From: Candidatus Nomurabacteria bacterium
GTDB lineage: Bacteria; Patescibacteriota; Minisyncoccia; Phycocordibacterales; UBA918
NCBI GenBank assembly: GCA_020632035.1
Contig: JACKGG010000002.1
Coordinates: 88,095-152,094 of the forward strand
Length of the DNA: 64,000 nt
Direction: 5' to 3'
The notes below the pieces were generated by a model. It worked only from the letters and a program-made list of their open reading frames with translations, was not told the origin of the DNA and ran no database searches. The position numbers and the translations under genes were made by a program. Below, one piece after another: positions 8,878 to 17,232 of this stretch. Position 1 is the stretch's first letter. The number at the start of each line of letters is the position of its first letter.

Positions 8878-8930
8878 GCCCCTTTAGTTAAATGGATATA
8901 ACCGCTCACTCAGAGCGGGCATTGTAGGCT
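8878..8930 (+). repeat. pseudo-tRNA: a copy of the 5' two-thirds of tRNA-Arg (acceptor, D-arm, anticodon arm with an altered loop, start of T-stem), followed by a 27-nt hairpin
   Basis: GCCCCTTTAGTTAAATGGATATAACCGCTCAC is identical to 9062-9093, then diverges. It lacks a T-arm and 3' acceptor. The hairpin CTGAAAAAG..CTTTTTCAG is at 8931-8957. Confidence 0.7.
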
Positions 8931-9061
8931 GAAAAAGACTGGGAGACTTTTTCAGAAGGTTAACTAGCATTTTATGACGTAAGGAAATAAAATGGTGATA
9001 ACCTATACTGATCTCGTAGAGATAGATTCCGTTGGAATCGAACCTATTGGTTACAATTGAA

Positions 9062-9136
9062 TACTTAAGCCCCTTTAGTTAAATGGATATAACCGCTCAC
9101 TCCTAACGAGCAGTTGTAGGTTCGATTCCTGCAGGG
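9062..9136 (+). tRNA. tRNA-Arg (anticodon CCT)
   Basis: GCCCCTT-TA-GTTA-AATGGATA-TAAC-C-GCTCA-CTCCTAA-CGAGC-AGTT-GTAGG-TTCGATT-CCTGC-AGGGGGC-A. There is one A·C mismatch at the base of the anticodon stem. Confidence 0.75.
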
Positions 9137-9340
9137 GGCACTAAAACACAACTCAACGGTCTTTGCGTTTTTCTTGTGTACCACAATCGTTTTGGTGCGC
9201 ACATCGTTCATGTACCCCTCGGGTGCTTGGCCGGGAAACATGCCAAGGCGCACTTTTTGGCGTAATCCTTGCTTGGTGTTCTCGGAAAGAGAATCGACAT
9301 AATATTTACTTTGTCCGAAAGCCATGCTCAACATGAACTT
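9137..9340 (-). pseudogene. remnant of a large serine recombinase (end of the catalytic domain through the start of the recombinase domain), truncated at the tRNA-Arg 3' end
   Basis: ..YYVDSLSENTKQGLRQKVRLGMFPGQAPEGY.. resembles the E-helix plus the G-x-x-P-x-GY start of the large-serine-recombinase 'recombinase' domain. The catalytic N-terminus and the C-terminal ~350 aa are missing. The open frame runs on into the tRNA. Confidence 0.4.
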
Positions 9341-9454
9341 TCTTATTGAAAGGGATTTTTGGTTTGCTTCGCCATTCATTACACAATACAAAAAGTACCA
9401 CATGTATCATGTAAACACTGAAAGCTATATCCCTGGAACGATATGTTGAAACAA

Positions 9455-9988
9455 TTAGTCCTTCTCTCTATAATCATAAACATCAATTTCATCAAGATTC
9501 TTGTCCAAAAGACCGACAACTCTTGCTTCTCCGTCTAAGATACTCACTTTTACATATACATCGTTTCTTAACCTCTCTATAGGCGTACCAGCACCTTCTG
9601 GCACAAAGTATTGTTCTAAATCAGGGAACCTGACCCTTCTGCCATCTACTTCACCTCTCATCCACAAACCGTTGGAAAAATCTGGTCTAAATTTACTCAC
9701 CTCAGCAATAGACGCAATTTTATTGTTATCGACAGCCAGTCTAACGTAAACTGAGTTACCATCAGTTAGGTCATTGTTAGAAATTTCATCGTTCACTAAA
9801 GAGTCGTTTTCAATTTTGTAGCGGAGAATAACGTATTCACCTCGAAACAGATCCCTAGGGTCAACTGGCCTAGTCTCTAAAATAACTTCAGTACCCGTAG
9901 ACACTATGCGCTCTTGCACAAATATAAATCCTGCCAACACTAAGACCAGAAAAATTACCGATCCAAAGAAAACTTTATGTTTATTCAT
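9455..9988 (-). CDS. GDYXXLXY-family protein (N-terminal signal/TM)
   Basis: RGEYVILRY matches the G-[DE]-Y-x-x-L-x-Y signature. It is the last gene of a three-gene membrane operon. Confidence 0.5.
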   Translation of the reverse strand: MNKHKVFFGSVIFLVLVLAGFIFVQERIVSTGTEVILETRPVDPRDLFRGEYVILRYKIENDSLVNDEISNNDLTDGNSVYVRLAVDNNKIASIAEVSKFRPDFSNGLWMRGEVDGRRVRFPDLEQYFVPEGAGTPIERLRNDVYVKVSILDGEARVVGLLDKNLDEIDVYDYREKD

Positions 9989-10421
9989 AGTCCTGTCTGT
10001 TTACATTCTGAGGAGAAAAACCTGAATCAATATTACTAGTGGGCGGTTCAGTATTTTGCATCAAAACCATCAACTTCTGTTTATTTTTTTCTAGATACCA
10101 CGCACCAGCTATGAACATGATTCCACCAACAACAAACAATAAACCTGTATCCAGTATTCCTGAGAAGAGCGTGAAGTACTTAACAATGACATATATGAAC
10201 ATCATACGAACAGCTCCATACACCAATCTTTCTTCCTGATACTTAATAGCTTGAACAAGCACAAAAACCAAAAATCCTATGAAGAAAAGGTTGAACACGA
10301 TAGACAAAGGAATCCATCCCGATTCTCTGTATCCTGAATCAGTAACGAGTCTTGCATAAAATTCAAATGTAGTCACAAAGAGTGTCACTGTAGCAACCGA
10401 TGCACTCAGAAGTCTGAGCAC
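9981..10421 (-). CDS. integral membrane protein (DUF4401-like position in the operon)
   Basis: Four predicted TM helices. Overlaps the downstream gene by 8 nt. Confidence 0.35.
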   Translation of the reverse strand: MLRLLSASVATVTLFVTTFEFYARLVTDSGYRESGWIPLSIVFNLFFIGFLVFVLVQAIKYQEERLVYGAVRMMFIYVIVKYFTLFSGILDTGLLFVVGGIMFIAGAWYLEKNKQKLMVLMQNTEPPTSNIDSGFSPQNVNRQDYE

Positions 10422-10436
10422 CCCAGCTCCACTTCC

Positions 10437-11075
10437 CTAAACAACAGAGTTTCTGAGAGATTTCCCGACAAGGTATAGTAGTAGACAGTAGGCCGCAAAA
10501 ACGACTGTGATAGTGATGGTAAAAGACTGTTCATCTAGCCACCAGTCATCAAACCACTCAATAATACAGGTAAAAATCGCCAATCCACCCAGAACAGATG
10601 AAATGCCTACATTCTCAGGCCTCCTGAAAACAAATATAAACGGCATACTTAGGAGTAACCAGAAAAACATTAACGTCGTATAGCCAGATTCAAGGTGATA
10701 AATTTGTCCAATGAGCGAAAGAGCGCCACCTATGAGACCCACTCCGAACACGTTAGCTACGCGAGACAAAACTGATTCACTCTGCCTAACCTCAACCATG
10801 TAGTATGCAACACTAAGCGGAATTACAGGCAAAAGCAGGGCCAACAAAAGCTGGACGGTCTTACCTAGATAAGTCCAATTTGATGCGATTATTAATAAAA
10901 CACCAGCGGTTAAAACCGCTGCACCGACCAAAGAAACTATAGTGATGAGCTTTTTACCAGACTGCTCTGATGTCGATGTTTTTAGGTCTTGCAACATGTA
11001 GTTGGCTTGCTCAGGAGTAACCACCCCATTTCCTTGCCACCGACTTATTAGACCTTCAATGTCTTTCTGTTTCAT
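10437..11075 (-). CDS. membrane protein, DUF2157-like (soluble N-terminal domain + polytopic TM)
   Basis: N-terminal MKQKDIEGLISRWQGNGVVTPEQANYMLQDL, then ~5 TM helices. First gene of the operon. Confidence 0.4.
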   Translation of the reverse strand: MKQKDIEGLISRWQGNGVVTPEQANYMLQDLKTSTSEQSGKKLITIVSLVGAAVLTAGVLLIIASNWTYLGKTVQLLLALLLPVIPLSVAYYMVEVRQSESVLSRVANVFGVGLIGGALSLIGQIYHLESGYTTLMFFWLLLSMPFIFVFRRPENVGISSVLGGLAIFTCIIEWFDDWWLDEQSFTITITVVFAAYCLLLYLVGKSLRNSVV

Positions 11076-11246
11076 GGCTCAATTATACAATAAATTTAAT
11101 GTGAAAATAAGTGGGTAAACACACCTGTGTGCCAGACCGAAGCATGTTTTCTCTTCTTTTCTGAAGGGAAAAATAGATTATATGAAGCTTTTAATTTGTA
11201 AATTCTGTTCAATGTGCTATTAAAGTATTAGGCAAGCACAATAGAG

Positions 11247-11798
11247 GTGATCCAAATGATAACATTCGAAGAAGCTTTACGGGGTTCAAAAGCTTATCCA
11301 GAGATAGTCAAAGGCTTACAATTACTTTCAGTCGAACACTTTGGGTACGATGGCAAAGTTCATACCGGTCAATTAGTAGTTCCGATTATTGCAGCTATAG
11401 AGATTCGTGAAATTTTTGAGACACTATTTTTGTTTAGTGTACCAATTGAAAAAATTATCCCGATCTCAAAATATAACTGGGATGACAATGCTTCAATGGC
11501 TGACAACAATACCTCTGCATTTAATTTCCGTACCATTGATGATGGTACCAACAGACTTTCTCCTCACTCTTGCGTTGATTACGTAGCCATTGATATTAAT
11601 CCATTCACTAATCCTTGTGTAATTGGCAACAATAACTTTCCTACTAATGCAAAATACAAGCCCGAAGCTAAGGGAGCTATATACGAAGAAGGAGTAATAC
11701 TTAGCGTATTTGAAGATAAAGGCTGGACTTGGGGTGGAAGGTTTGAGAGTATCTCAGACTACCAGCACTTTGAAAAAAGATTGTCATCGTTTAAATAA
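11247..11798 (+). CDS. M15-family peptidase (VanY / D-Ala-D-Ala carboxypeptidase-like)
   Basis: SPHSCVDYVAID (S-x-H...D zinc ligands) and GWTWGGRFESISDYQHFE (the WGG...D-x-x-HFE end motif). Confidence 0.5.
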   Translation: MIQMITFEEALRGSKAYPEIVKGLQLLSVEHFGYDGKVHTGQLVVPIIAAIEIREIFETLFLFSVPIEKIIPISKYNWDDNASMADNNTSAFNFRTIDDGTNRLSPHSCVDYVAIDINPFTNPCVIGNNNFPTNAKYKPEAKGAIYEEGVILSVFEDKGWTWGGRFESISDYQHFEKRLSSFK

Positions 11799-11855
11799 GC
11801 ACACCTATACAAAGGCGAGTCATCAACTCGCCTTTTATATATTAACTACAATGTA

Positions 11856-14135
11856 TCACCTAGCTTGTTGGTATAGTTGACGCACTTCATCAGCCGATAA
11901 TTCTCTATCGTACATGCGAGCATCGTCGATTTTTCCATTCATAAACTTGTCCGGGGTACCGGCCGCAGCCCCTATTTTCAATACCGTAGAAGAATTATTA
12001 ATTTCATTAGCGCAACTCCCACTCGAATTACCCGAAGGCTCACCATCTATATAAAAAGTGGCACCATTAGTAGTAGACCAGGTTACTACCGTATGATGCC
12101 ACTCAAAAGCGGAAACTACTCCCGTAGAAGGTACATTGCAACCAGAACCACTATTAGTCTGTAAGTGAATTTTATTATTAGAATCGATAAAAATTTGATA
12201 GGTAGTAAAACTCTTTCCAAATGTTGCATAACTTCCGGAATTTGCCGTATCTAAGTACACCCAAGCAGACGTAGTCATGGCTCCATCAACATTAATATTG
12301 CCAACATCTACATAGTCATCTATTCCATCAAACTTAATAGCTTGGCCGATTTTACCGATAGCAGTGGTGTTGGTATGACCTATCCAATTACCTGTATTAG
12401 TACCACTCGAATCCGATACCTCACCGGTACTATTAGACAAATCCATATCTGAACCATCAAAAGTCCAGTGTCCGACTAGTCCAGTAGCTAAAGAACCGCT
12501 AGGTAAAGTTGTGGCGATTTTAGTTGGCACACCTTGTTGATAAAGATGTTGAACTTCAATATCTGAAAGTACACGATTGTATATTCTCATATCATCTAAG
12601 GTACCGTTAAACCTTTGACTAGCACCGGCATTGAAGGCTCCAATCAAAACATTTCCATCTTCTCCTGGATCAGGAAATCTAGTTCGATCCAGTGATGCAG
12701 TCCCCACCCTTACCCCATCCAGATAAAAAGTAGCGGTACTGTTGGTACTATCAATAACCGTATTCGTGACACAGGTGTGGTACCAACGATTTATCTGAAT
12801 ATTTAGATCTCCAAGCAGTGCGTCTGTGTATAAGTAAGCATTACCACCCCTAAATCTTAAAGTTTCGACTCCCCAGGCAGCACTAATAGAAAAGATGGAT
12901 TGAGTACCACCAATATACATCATTGAAAATATAGAGTAATCTTCCGCTGACGTAGCAGACAGAACATCTGTATTGAACCATGAACAAAGCGTACCCTCGG
13001 AATCATTTGTCATCACATCTAAAATATCCGCATCCTGTCCAAGACTAATGTAATCATTTACCCCATCGAAATCTATTGCCTGACCCACCTTACCAATAAC
13101 TGTACTTTTGGAATGATTAACCCAGTTGCCAATGTTCGAATTACCACTTTTGTCTAGAATCTCCCCTGACGCATTAGCTAAGTCCATATCCTGCCCATCA
13201 AACGTATAATGACCAAGGAGGCCGTCTGATAAAGAACCAGCTGAGTGGGTCGTGGCTATTCCCACCCCTTCACCTAACTGATATAGCCTAGCGGCTTCCT
13301 CCGAAGAAAGAACCCTATCATACACTCGTACATCGTCTATCTTTCCATCAAATGCTCTGACGGTGTTCCCAAACCCTATACTCCAGATATCTGTAGAAAA
13401 GACTACCATATCTCCCACTCCGGCTGTTTGAGTACTATAGTTTAATTCAGTACCATTTAGGTAAAGACGGATTACTTTATCTCCTGAATCATCATAGGTC
13501 ATTAAAACATGTTGCCATTCGTTAAGTGTTATTGATTCATTAGCTGCATTTGTAGATGAATGACTAGTATCATTTTGCACATAGGCTCTAAGTGATTGTT
13601 GACCCCCTTCATTATAAAGCCTAAATTGAACATGAATATTACTACAACGAGGACTAGCATTACTACAAATCGACATAATATGACCACCGTTACCCACTCC
13701 CCAGCCAGTAGGATATATCCATGCACTATAAGTAAAAGCGGATAGGTTATCGAGCTCGGTAGGACTCCCTAAATCAACCAAATCATCCACCCCATCAAAC
13801 GATAAAGCTTGGCCGATTTTACCAACAGTCACAGAGGGGGAAGATTCAGTAGAAGTACCAAGATTACCATCGTTATCACTCAGACTTCTATCACCAGTAA
13901 TAGAAGATGTGGTCACAGGTCCGTCAAACGTCCAGTGTCCAACTAGCCCATCGTCGAGTGTGAGTCCGCCGGTGTTGATGCGAAGAAGTCCGACTGTTGA
14001 TTGGTAGACACCGGCGGAGGCGGTGCCGAAGACACCGCCAAGAGGGGTCTGGGTCACCACTAGCACTAACAGCAAAATACCAAAAGTGACCTTAAAAACC
14101 TTGCTAGTAAATTTACTTGGTTCAAATTCTTCCAT
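11856..14135 (-). CDS. large secreted or surface protein with three LamG-like (concanavalin-A-like lectin/glucanase, Laminin_G_3) repeats
   Basis: N-terminal TM/signal. A ~230-aa module recurs three times (DGLVGHWTFDG .. GN[WI].GH[ST] .. IGK[IV]GQA[IL].FDG[VI]DDY ..[TL]S.W .. FY[IL]DG .. DD[VA]R[IVM]Y[DN]R.LS..E). 759 aa. Confidence 0.55.
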   Translation of the reverse strand: MEEFEPSKFTSKVFKVTFGILLLVLVVTQTPLGGVFGTASAGVYQSTVGLLRINTGGLTLDDGLVGHWTFDGPVTTSSITGDRSLSDNDGNLGTSTESSPSVTVGKIGQALSFDGVDDLVDLGSPTELDNLSAFTYSAWIYPTGWGVGNGGHIMSICSNASPRCSNIHVQFRLYNEGGQQSLRAYVQNDTSHSSTNAANESITLNEWQHVLMTYDDSGDKVIRLYLNGTELNYSTQTAGVGDMVVFSTDIWSIGFGNTVRAFDGKIDDVRVYDRVLSSEEAARLYQLGEGVGIATTHSAGSLSDGLLGHYTFDGQDMDLANASGEILDKSGNSNIGNWVNHSKSTVIGKVGQAIDFDGVNDYISLGQDADILDVMTNDSEGTLCSWFNTDVLSATSAEDYSIFSMMYIGGTQSIFSISAAWGVETLRFRGGNAYLYTDALLGDLNIQINRWYHTCVTNTVIDSTNSTATFYLDGVRVGTASLDRTRFPDPGEDGNVLIGAFNAGASQRFNGTLDDMRIYNRVLSDIEVQHLYQQGVPTKIATTLPSGSLATGLVGHWTFDGSDMDLSNSTGEVSDSSGTNTGNWIGHTNTTAIGKIGQAIKFDGIDDYVDVGNINVDGAMTTSAWVYLDTANSGSYATFGKSFTTYQIFIDSNNKIHLQTNSGSGCNVPSTGVVSAFEWHHTVVTWSTTNGATFYIDGEPSGNSSGSCANEINNSSTVLKIGAAAGTPDKFMNGKIDDARMYDRELSADEVRQLYQQAR

Positions 14136-14165
14136 ACTTGTATAAGTATTTTATCATGATTCTCT

Positions 14166-14200
14166 AAAAAGGCCGGGCCCAGGGGCCGGCCTTTTTAGAG
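14166..14200. terminator. bidirectional intrinsic terminator
   Basis: AAAAAGGCCGGGCCC-AGG-GGCCGGCCTTTTT. Confidence 0.65.
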
Positions 14201-14213
14201 TCACAAACCTATC

Positions 14214-14474
14214 TTATAGACCAAGCAGTTCCTTAACTTTTGGTTCATCGAAACCAATAACTACATCGTTACCGATCTGGATCACCGGGACGCCCATTTG
14301 ACCAGTCATATCGATCATTTCCTGGCGCTTATCTGTATCCGCGGCAACATCGTGCTCAGTGTATTCCACACCATTTTCAGAAAAAAATTCCTTAGCAGCA
14401 TGGCAAAAATGACACACCGGAGTACTATAAATCACTACTGCTCCTCCCTCTTTGTTTGTTTCTGGAGTATCCAT
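14214..14474 (-). CDS. glutaredoxin-like thiol-disulfide oxidoreductase
   Basis: CHFC active site after a beta-strand (VVIYSTPVCHFCHAAK), and a thioredoxin-fold-length of 86 aa. Confidence 0.65.
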   Translation of the reverse strand: MDTPETNKEGGAVVIYSTPVCHFCHAAKEFFSENGVEYTEHDVAADTDKRQEMIDMTGQMGVPVIQIGNDVVIGFDEPKVKELLGL

Positions 14475-14513
14475 AATTGAAAATTAAATCTTAATGTTTA
14501 ACAGTATATCAGT

Positions 14514-14894
14514 TTAACGCCAGAACTGATACCATTTACTGTCCTCATCATTAGTACTGCTAGACAACGGCATTATTTCAGTTTCGCTATCATCATCGAC
14601 AATCACTACGACTTGTTCCCCAGGCAATGCAACGTCAAATTGGCGCCGCATTTCAGCCTCTATACCCCTCTCACTTGATAAATATTCAACCTTCTCCTCT
14701 AACTCCTGCTTATGAGACTCTAGAGCAGTAGCCTGCTGCTCTGCCAGCTCTCTCCTGGCTAACATTTCCATGGCTATATCATAACGAACGTAGGCGCTCC
14801 AACCAATCAACAAAGCTACCGCCAAAATAGTCCCTTGAGTATAAGGTGAATTGATAATGCCTCTTAATTTTCTTTTTTGGTGAAAATCAAACAT
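14514..14894 (-). CDS. septum-formation initiator (FtsB/DivIC-like): N-terminal TM + coiled coil
   Basis: Single TM, a heptad-rich segment (LARRELAEQQATALESHKQELEEKVEYLSSE), and a typical size. Confidence 0.4.
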   Translation of the reverse strand: MFDFHQKRKLRGIINSPYTQGTILAVALLIGWSAYVRYDIAMEMLARRELAEQQATALESHKQELEEKVEYLSSERGIEAEMRRQFDVALPGEQVVVIVDDDSETEIMPLSSSTNDEDSKWYQFWR

Positions 14895-14960
14895 TACTAT
14901 TATTGTACCTGAAAACTATGCTCTTTTCCTATTTGTGCCAATCAGGTACAATATCGGACA

Positions 14961-15080
14961 TGAGTTTTTTATTTCATAGACGAACCAAGAAGGCTATCAA
15001 GTGGGTATGGGGAGTAATCGCCATCCTGATTGTTATCAGTATGATCTTTGCCTACTCTGGCGGTAGCGGATTGTTTTAAG
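14961..15080 (+). CDS. possible 39-aa single-TM small protein
   Basis: ATG..TAA ORF MSFLFHRRTKKAIKWVWGVIAILIVISMIFAYSGGSGLF. It is followed immediately by a REP-type terminator. Below the ORF-track size cut-off. Confidence 0.25.
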
Positions 15081-15096
15081 TCTAAAAGAAAGAAAT

Positions 15097-15123
15097 TCCC
15101 GAGGTCTAACCTCGGGTTTTTTC
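15097..15123 (+). terminator. REP-like palindrome acting as an intrinsic terminator
   Basis: TTCCCGAGGTCTAACCTCGGGTTTTTT. It has the same CCCGAGGtc..gaCCTCGGG core as the REPs flanking the RAYT at 55.3-56.3 kb. Confidence 0.6.
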
Positions 15124-15398
15124 AAGGAACAACGCGCGTCCAGGAAGTACCCTAATTTTGAGGAGAACTTATTCGACTATAAAAATGGAGATGCTGTTGG
15201 GGCGTGGCCTAGGAAAGGGGAGGAAAGCATATTCTATGATTATTTAAAGAAGTGGTTCTGTTTTACCTAATCACGCGCGTCCAGGAATTTGCCCTAGGAA
15301 AGGGGCAAATTCGGACGTACGTTCACCACAAGGGTACTTCCATTTTCACAGTCCTTTCCGTCCTTGAAAATTTGGTCGCGAATATGCCCTTCGGACAT

Positions 15399-17186
15399 TT
15401 ACTCACGCATCATTTTCATGAAAACTTCCGAAGGGATATGGACCTTTCCAAATTCGAGAGCTTTGGCCTTACCCTTCTTTTGTTTATCTCTAAGTTTATT
15501 TTTTCGAGATACATCTCCTCCATACAAGTGCGCAGTAACATCTTTACGTACTGCAGAAATTTTCTTAGTGGCAATAATCTTTCCCATCACTTTTGCTTGA
15601 ATCTTCACTGGAAATTGTTGCTTTGGTAAGGTATTGAACAGTTTTTCCGTAATCGCTTTAGCGTCTATTTCAGCTCGAGCAATACCAACCACTCGAGAAA
15701 AAGCAGGTACGGTCTCTTCAGCCACCAAAACCTCTAACTTGGTCACGGTCGCAGAACGCATTTCGGCTATTTCGTATGAGAGCGAGGCATACCCACTACT
15801 AGCATTCTTAAGACGATCGAAGAAACCGCGCATAAGTTCTCTTAAGGGCATTTCTATGGCTAACAACGTTCTTCCATCTTTAAAGACTTCGGTATCAATT
15901 ACACTTCCCTCGTGCTCATATAGTAGGGTCATTATATTGCCCATATAGTCTGGAGGGAGGATGATTTGGCCAAGTATCCAGGGCTCGCGAACAGTAACGT
16001 TTTGACCATGCTCTGGAAAGCGATTAGCAGCGTAGATATTCTCTACTTTTCCGTCTGACCAAGTGACTTCGTAAGAAATTGAAGGCGCGGTCACAATAAT
16101 ATCGATATTAAATTCTCGCCTAAGTCGCTCAGTAATTATTTCCATGTGGAGCATACCCAAGAAGCCACAGCGAAAACCCCTACCTAACACTCCAGAAGAC
16201 TCTTCTTCATAAGAAAGTGACGAGTCGGAAAGTTGCAGTCTATCAAGAGCCTGTCTTAGCTGAGTGAAGTCATCTTGATTGTCAGGAAAGATCGATGACC
16301 AGACTACTGGCTTAGCCAGCTGATACCCCACCAGTGGATCTGCTGTTCCTTTTTCACGCATTAGAGTATCTCCTACTCCAGCTACTCCCGGCTCCTTTAA
16401 TCCAGTCACTATGTAGCCAATTTCACCAGCCCCTAGTGATGCTACAGGCATTTCTTCTGGCTTAACTACTCCTACTTCAAGCGCCGTAAAAGTTCTTTTG
16501 CTAGCAGCAAATCTAAGTACATCACCTTTCTTTACTTCCCCATCAAAAACTCGCATAAAAACGATAATCCCGCGATGATTTGAATACTGAAAATCAAATA
16601 TAAGACCTCGGTAAGTATCTAATTTACTCGGGGTTGGAGGCGGAATTCGTAGTCTAATAGCTTCTAGTAGCTCTGGTACCCCAGCTCCAGTCTTACCTGA
16701 GACCAACATCATATCTTCTCTGGTACAGCCAAGAAGTCTGATTACTTCTTCTCCGACTTCATCTGGTCGCGAGTGAGGTACGTCTGTTTTGGTAAGAACA
16801 GGGATAATTGTCAAACCTAAATCTTTGGCCATCTGGAGGGTAGTTAGAGTCTGAGCCTGTATTCCTTGAGTACTGTCGACTAGAAGCAAAACCCCTTCCA
16901 CTGCCTGCAGAGCTCTTGAAACTTCGTAGGAGAAATCTATGTGACCAGGAGTATCGATTAAATTAAATTCGTATTCATCTGCTGGAGATGCCGGTGATCG
17001 GTAAACCATGCGAACTGGTTGCATTTTGATAGTGATCCCCCGCTCTCTCTCTAAGTCCATTGAATCCAAGACCTGTTCCTTCATTTTTCGAGCTTCGACA
17101 GTTTTGGTCACTTCCAACATACGGTCAGCCAAAGTGGACTTACCGTGGTCGATGTGCGCAATAATACTGAAATTTCTGATTTGCAT
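15399..17186 (-). CDS. lepA: translation elongation factor 4 (LepA)
   Basis: N-terminal GTPase IAHIDHGKSTL, DTPGHIDF, and the LepA-specific C-terminal domain; 595 aa. Confidence 0.9.
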   Translation of the reverse strand: MQIRNFSIIAHIDHGKSTLADRMLEVTKTVEARKMKEQVLDSMDLERERGITIKMQPVRMVYRSPASPADEYEFNLIDTPGHIDFSYEVSRALQAVEGVLLLVDSTQGIQAQTLTTLQMAKDLGLTIIPVLTKTDVPHSRPDEVGEEVIRLLGCTREDMMLVSGKTGAGVPELLEAIRLRIPPPTPSKLDTYRGLIFDFQYSNHRGIIVFMRVFDGEVKKGDVLRFAASKRTFTALEVGVVKPEEMPVASLGAGEIGYIVTGLKEPGVAGVGDTLMREKGTADPLVGYQLAKPVVWSSIFPDNQDDFTQLRQALDRLQLSDSSLSYEEESSGVLGRGFRCGFLGMLHMEIITERLRREFNIDIIVTAPSISYEVTWSDGKVENIYAANRFPEHGQNVTVREPWILGQIILPPDYMGNIMTLLYEHEGSVIDTEVFKDGRTLLAIEMPLRELMRGFFDRLKNASSGYASLSYEIAEMRSATVTKLEVLVAEETVPAFSRVVGIARAEIDAKAITEKLFNTLPKQQFPVKIQAKVMGKIIATKKISAVRKDVTAHLYGGDVSRKNKLRDKQKKGKAKALEFGKVHIPSEVFMKMMRE

Positions 17187-17232
17187 AGTAAATAGTTGCC
17201 CTACTCTACCTTAGTTGAGGAAAAAGGCTAGT

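Noticed and set aside
11856-14135. Diversity-generating retroelement target (repeats inside a surface-protein gene)
   Set aside because: The repeats are divergent protein-domain duplications. No reverse-transcriptase ORF or near-identical template repeat is present anywhere in the window.
15252-15629. 125-aa plus-strand ORF, plus several 60-100-aa ORFs nested in lepA, valS, murJ, pilB and others
   Set aside because: They are antisense to or out of frame with strongly supported long genes, and none has motifs.
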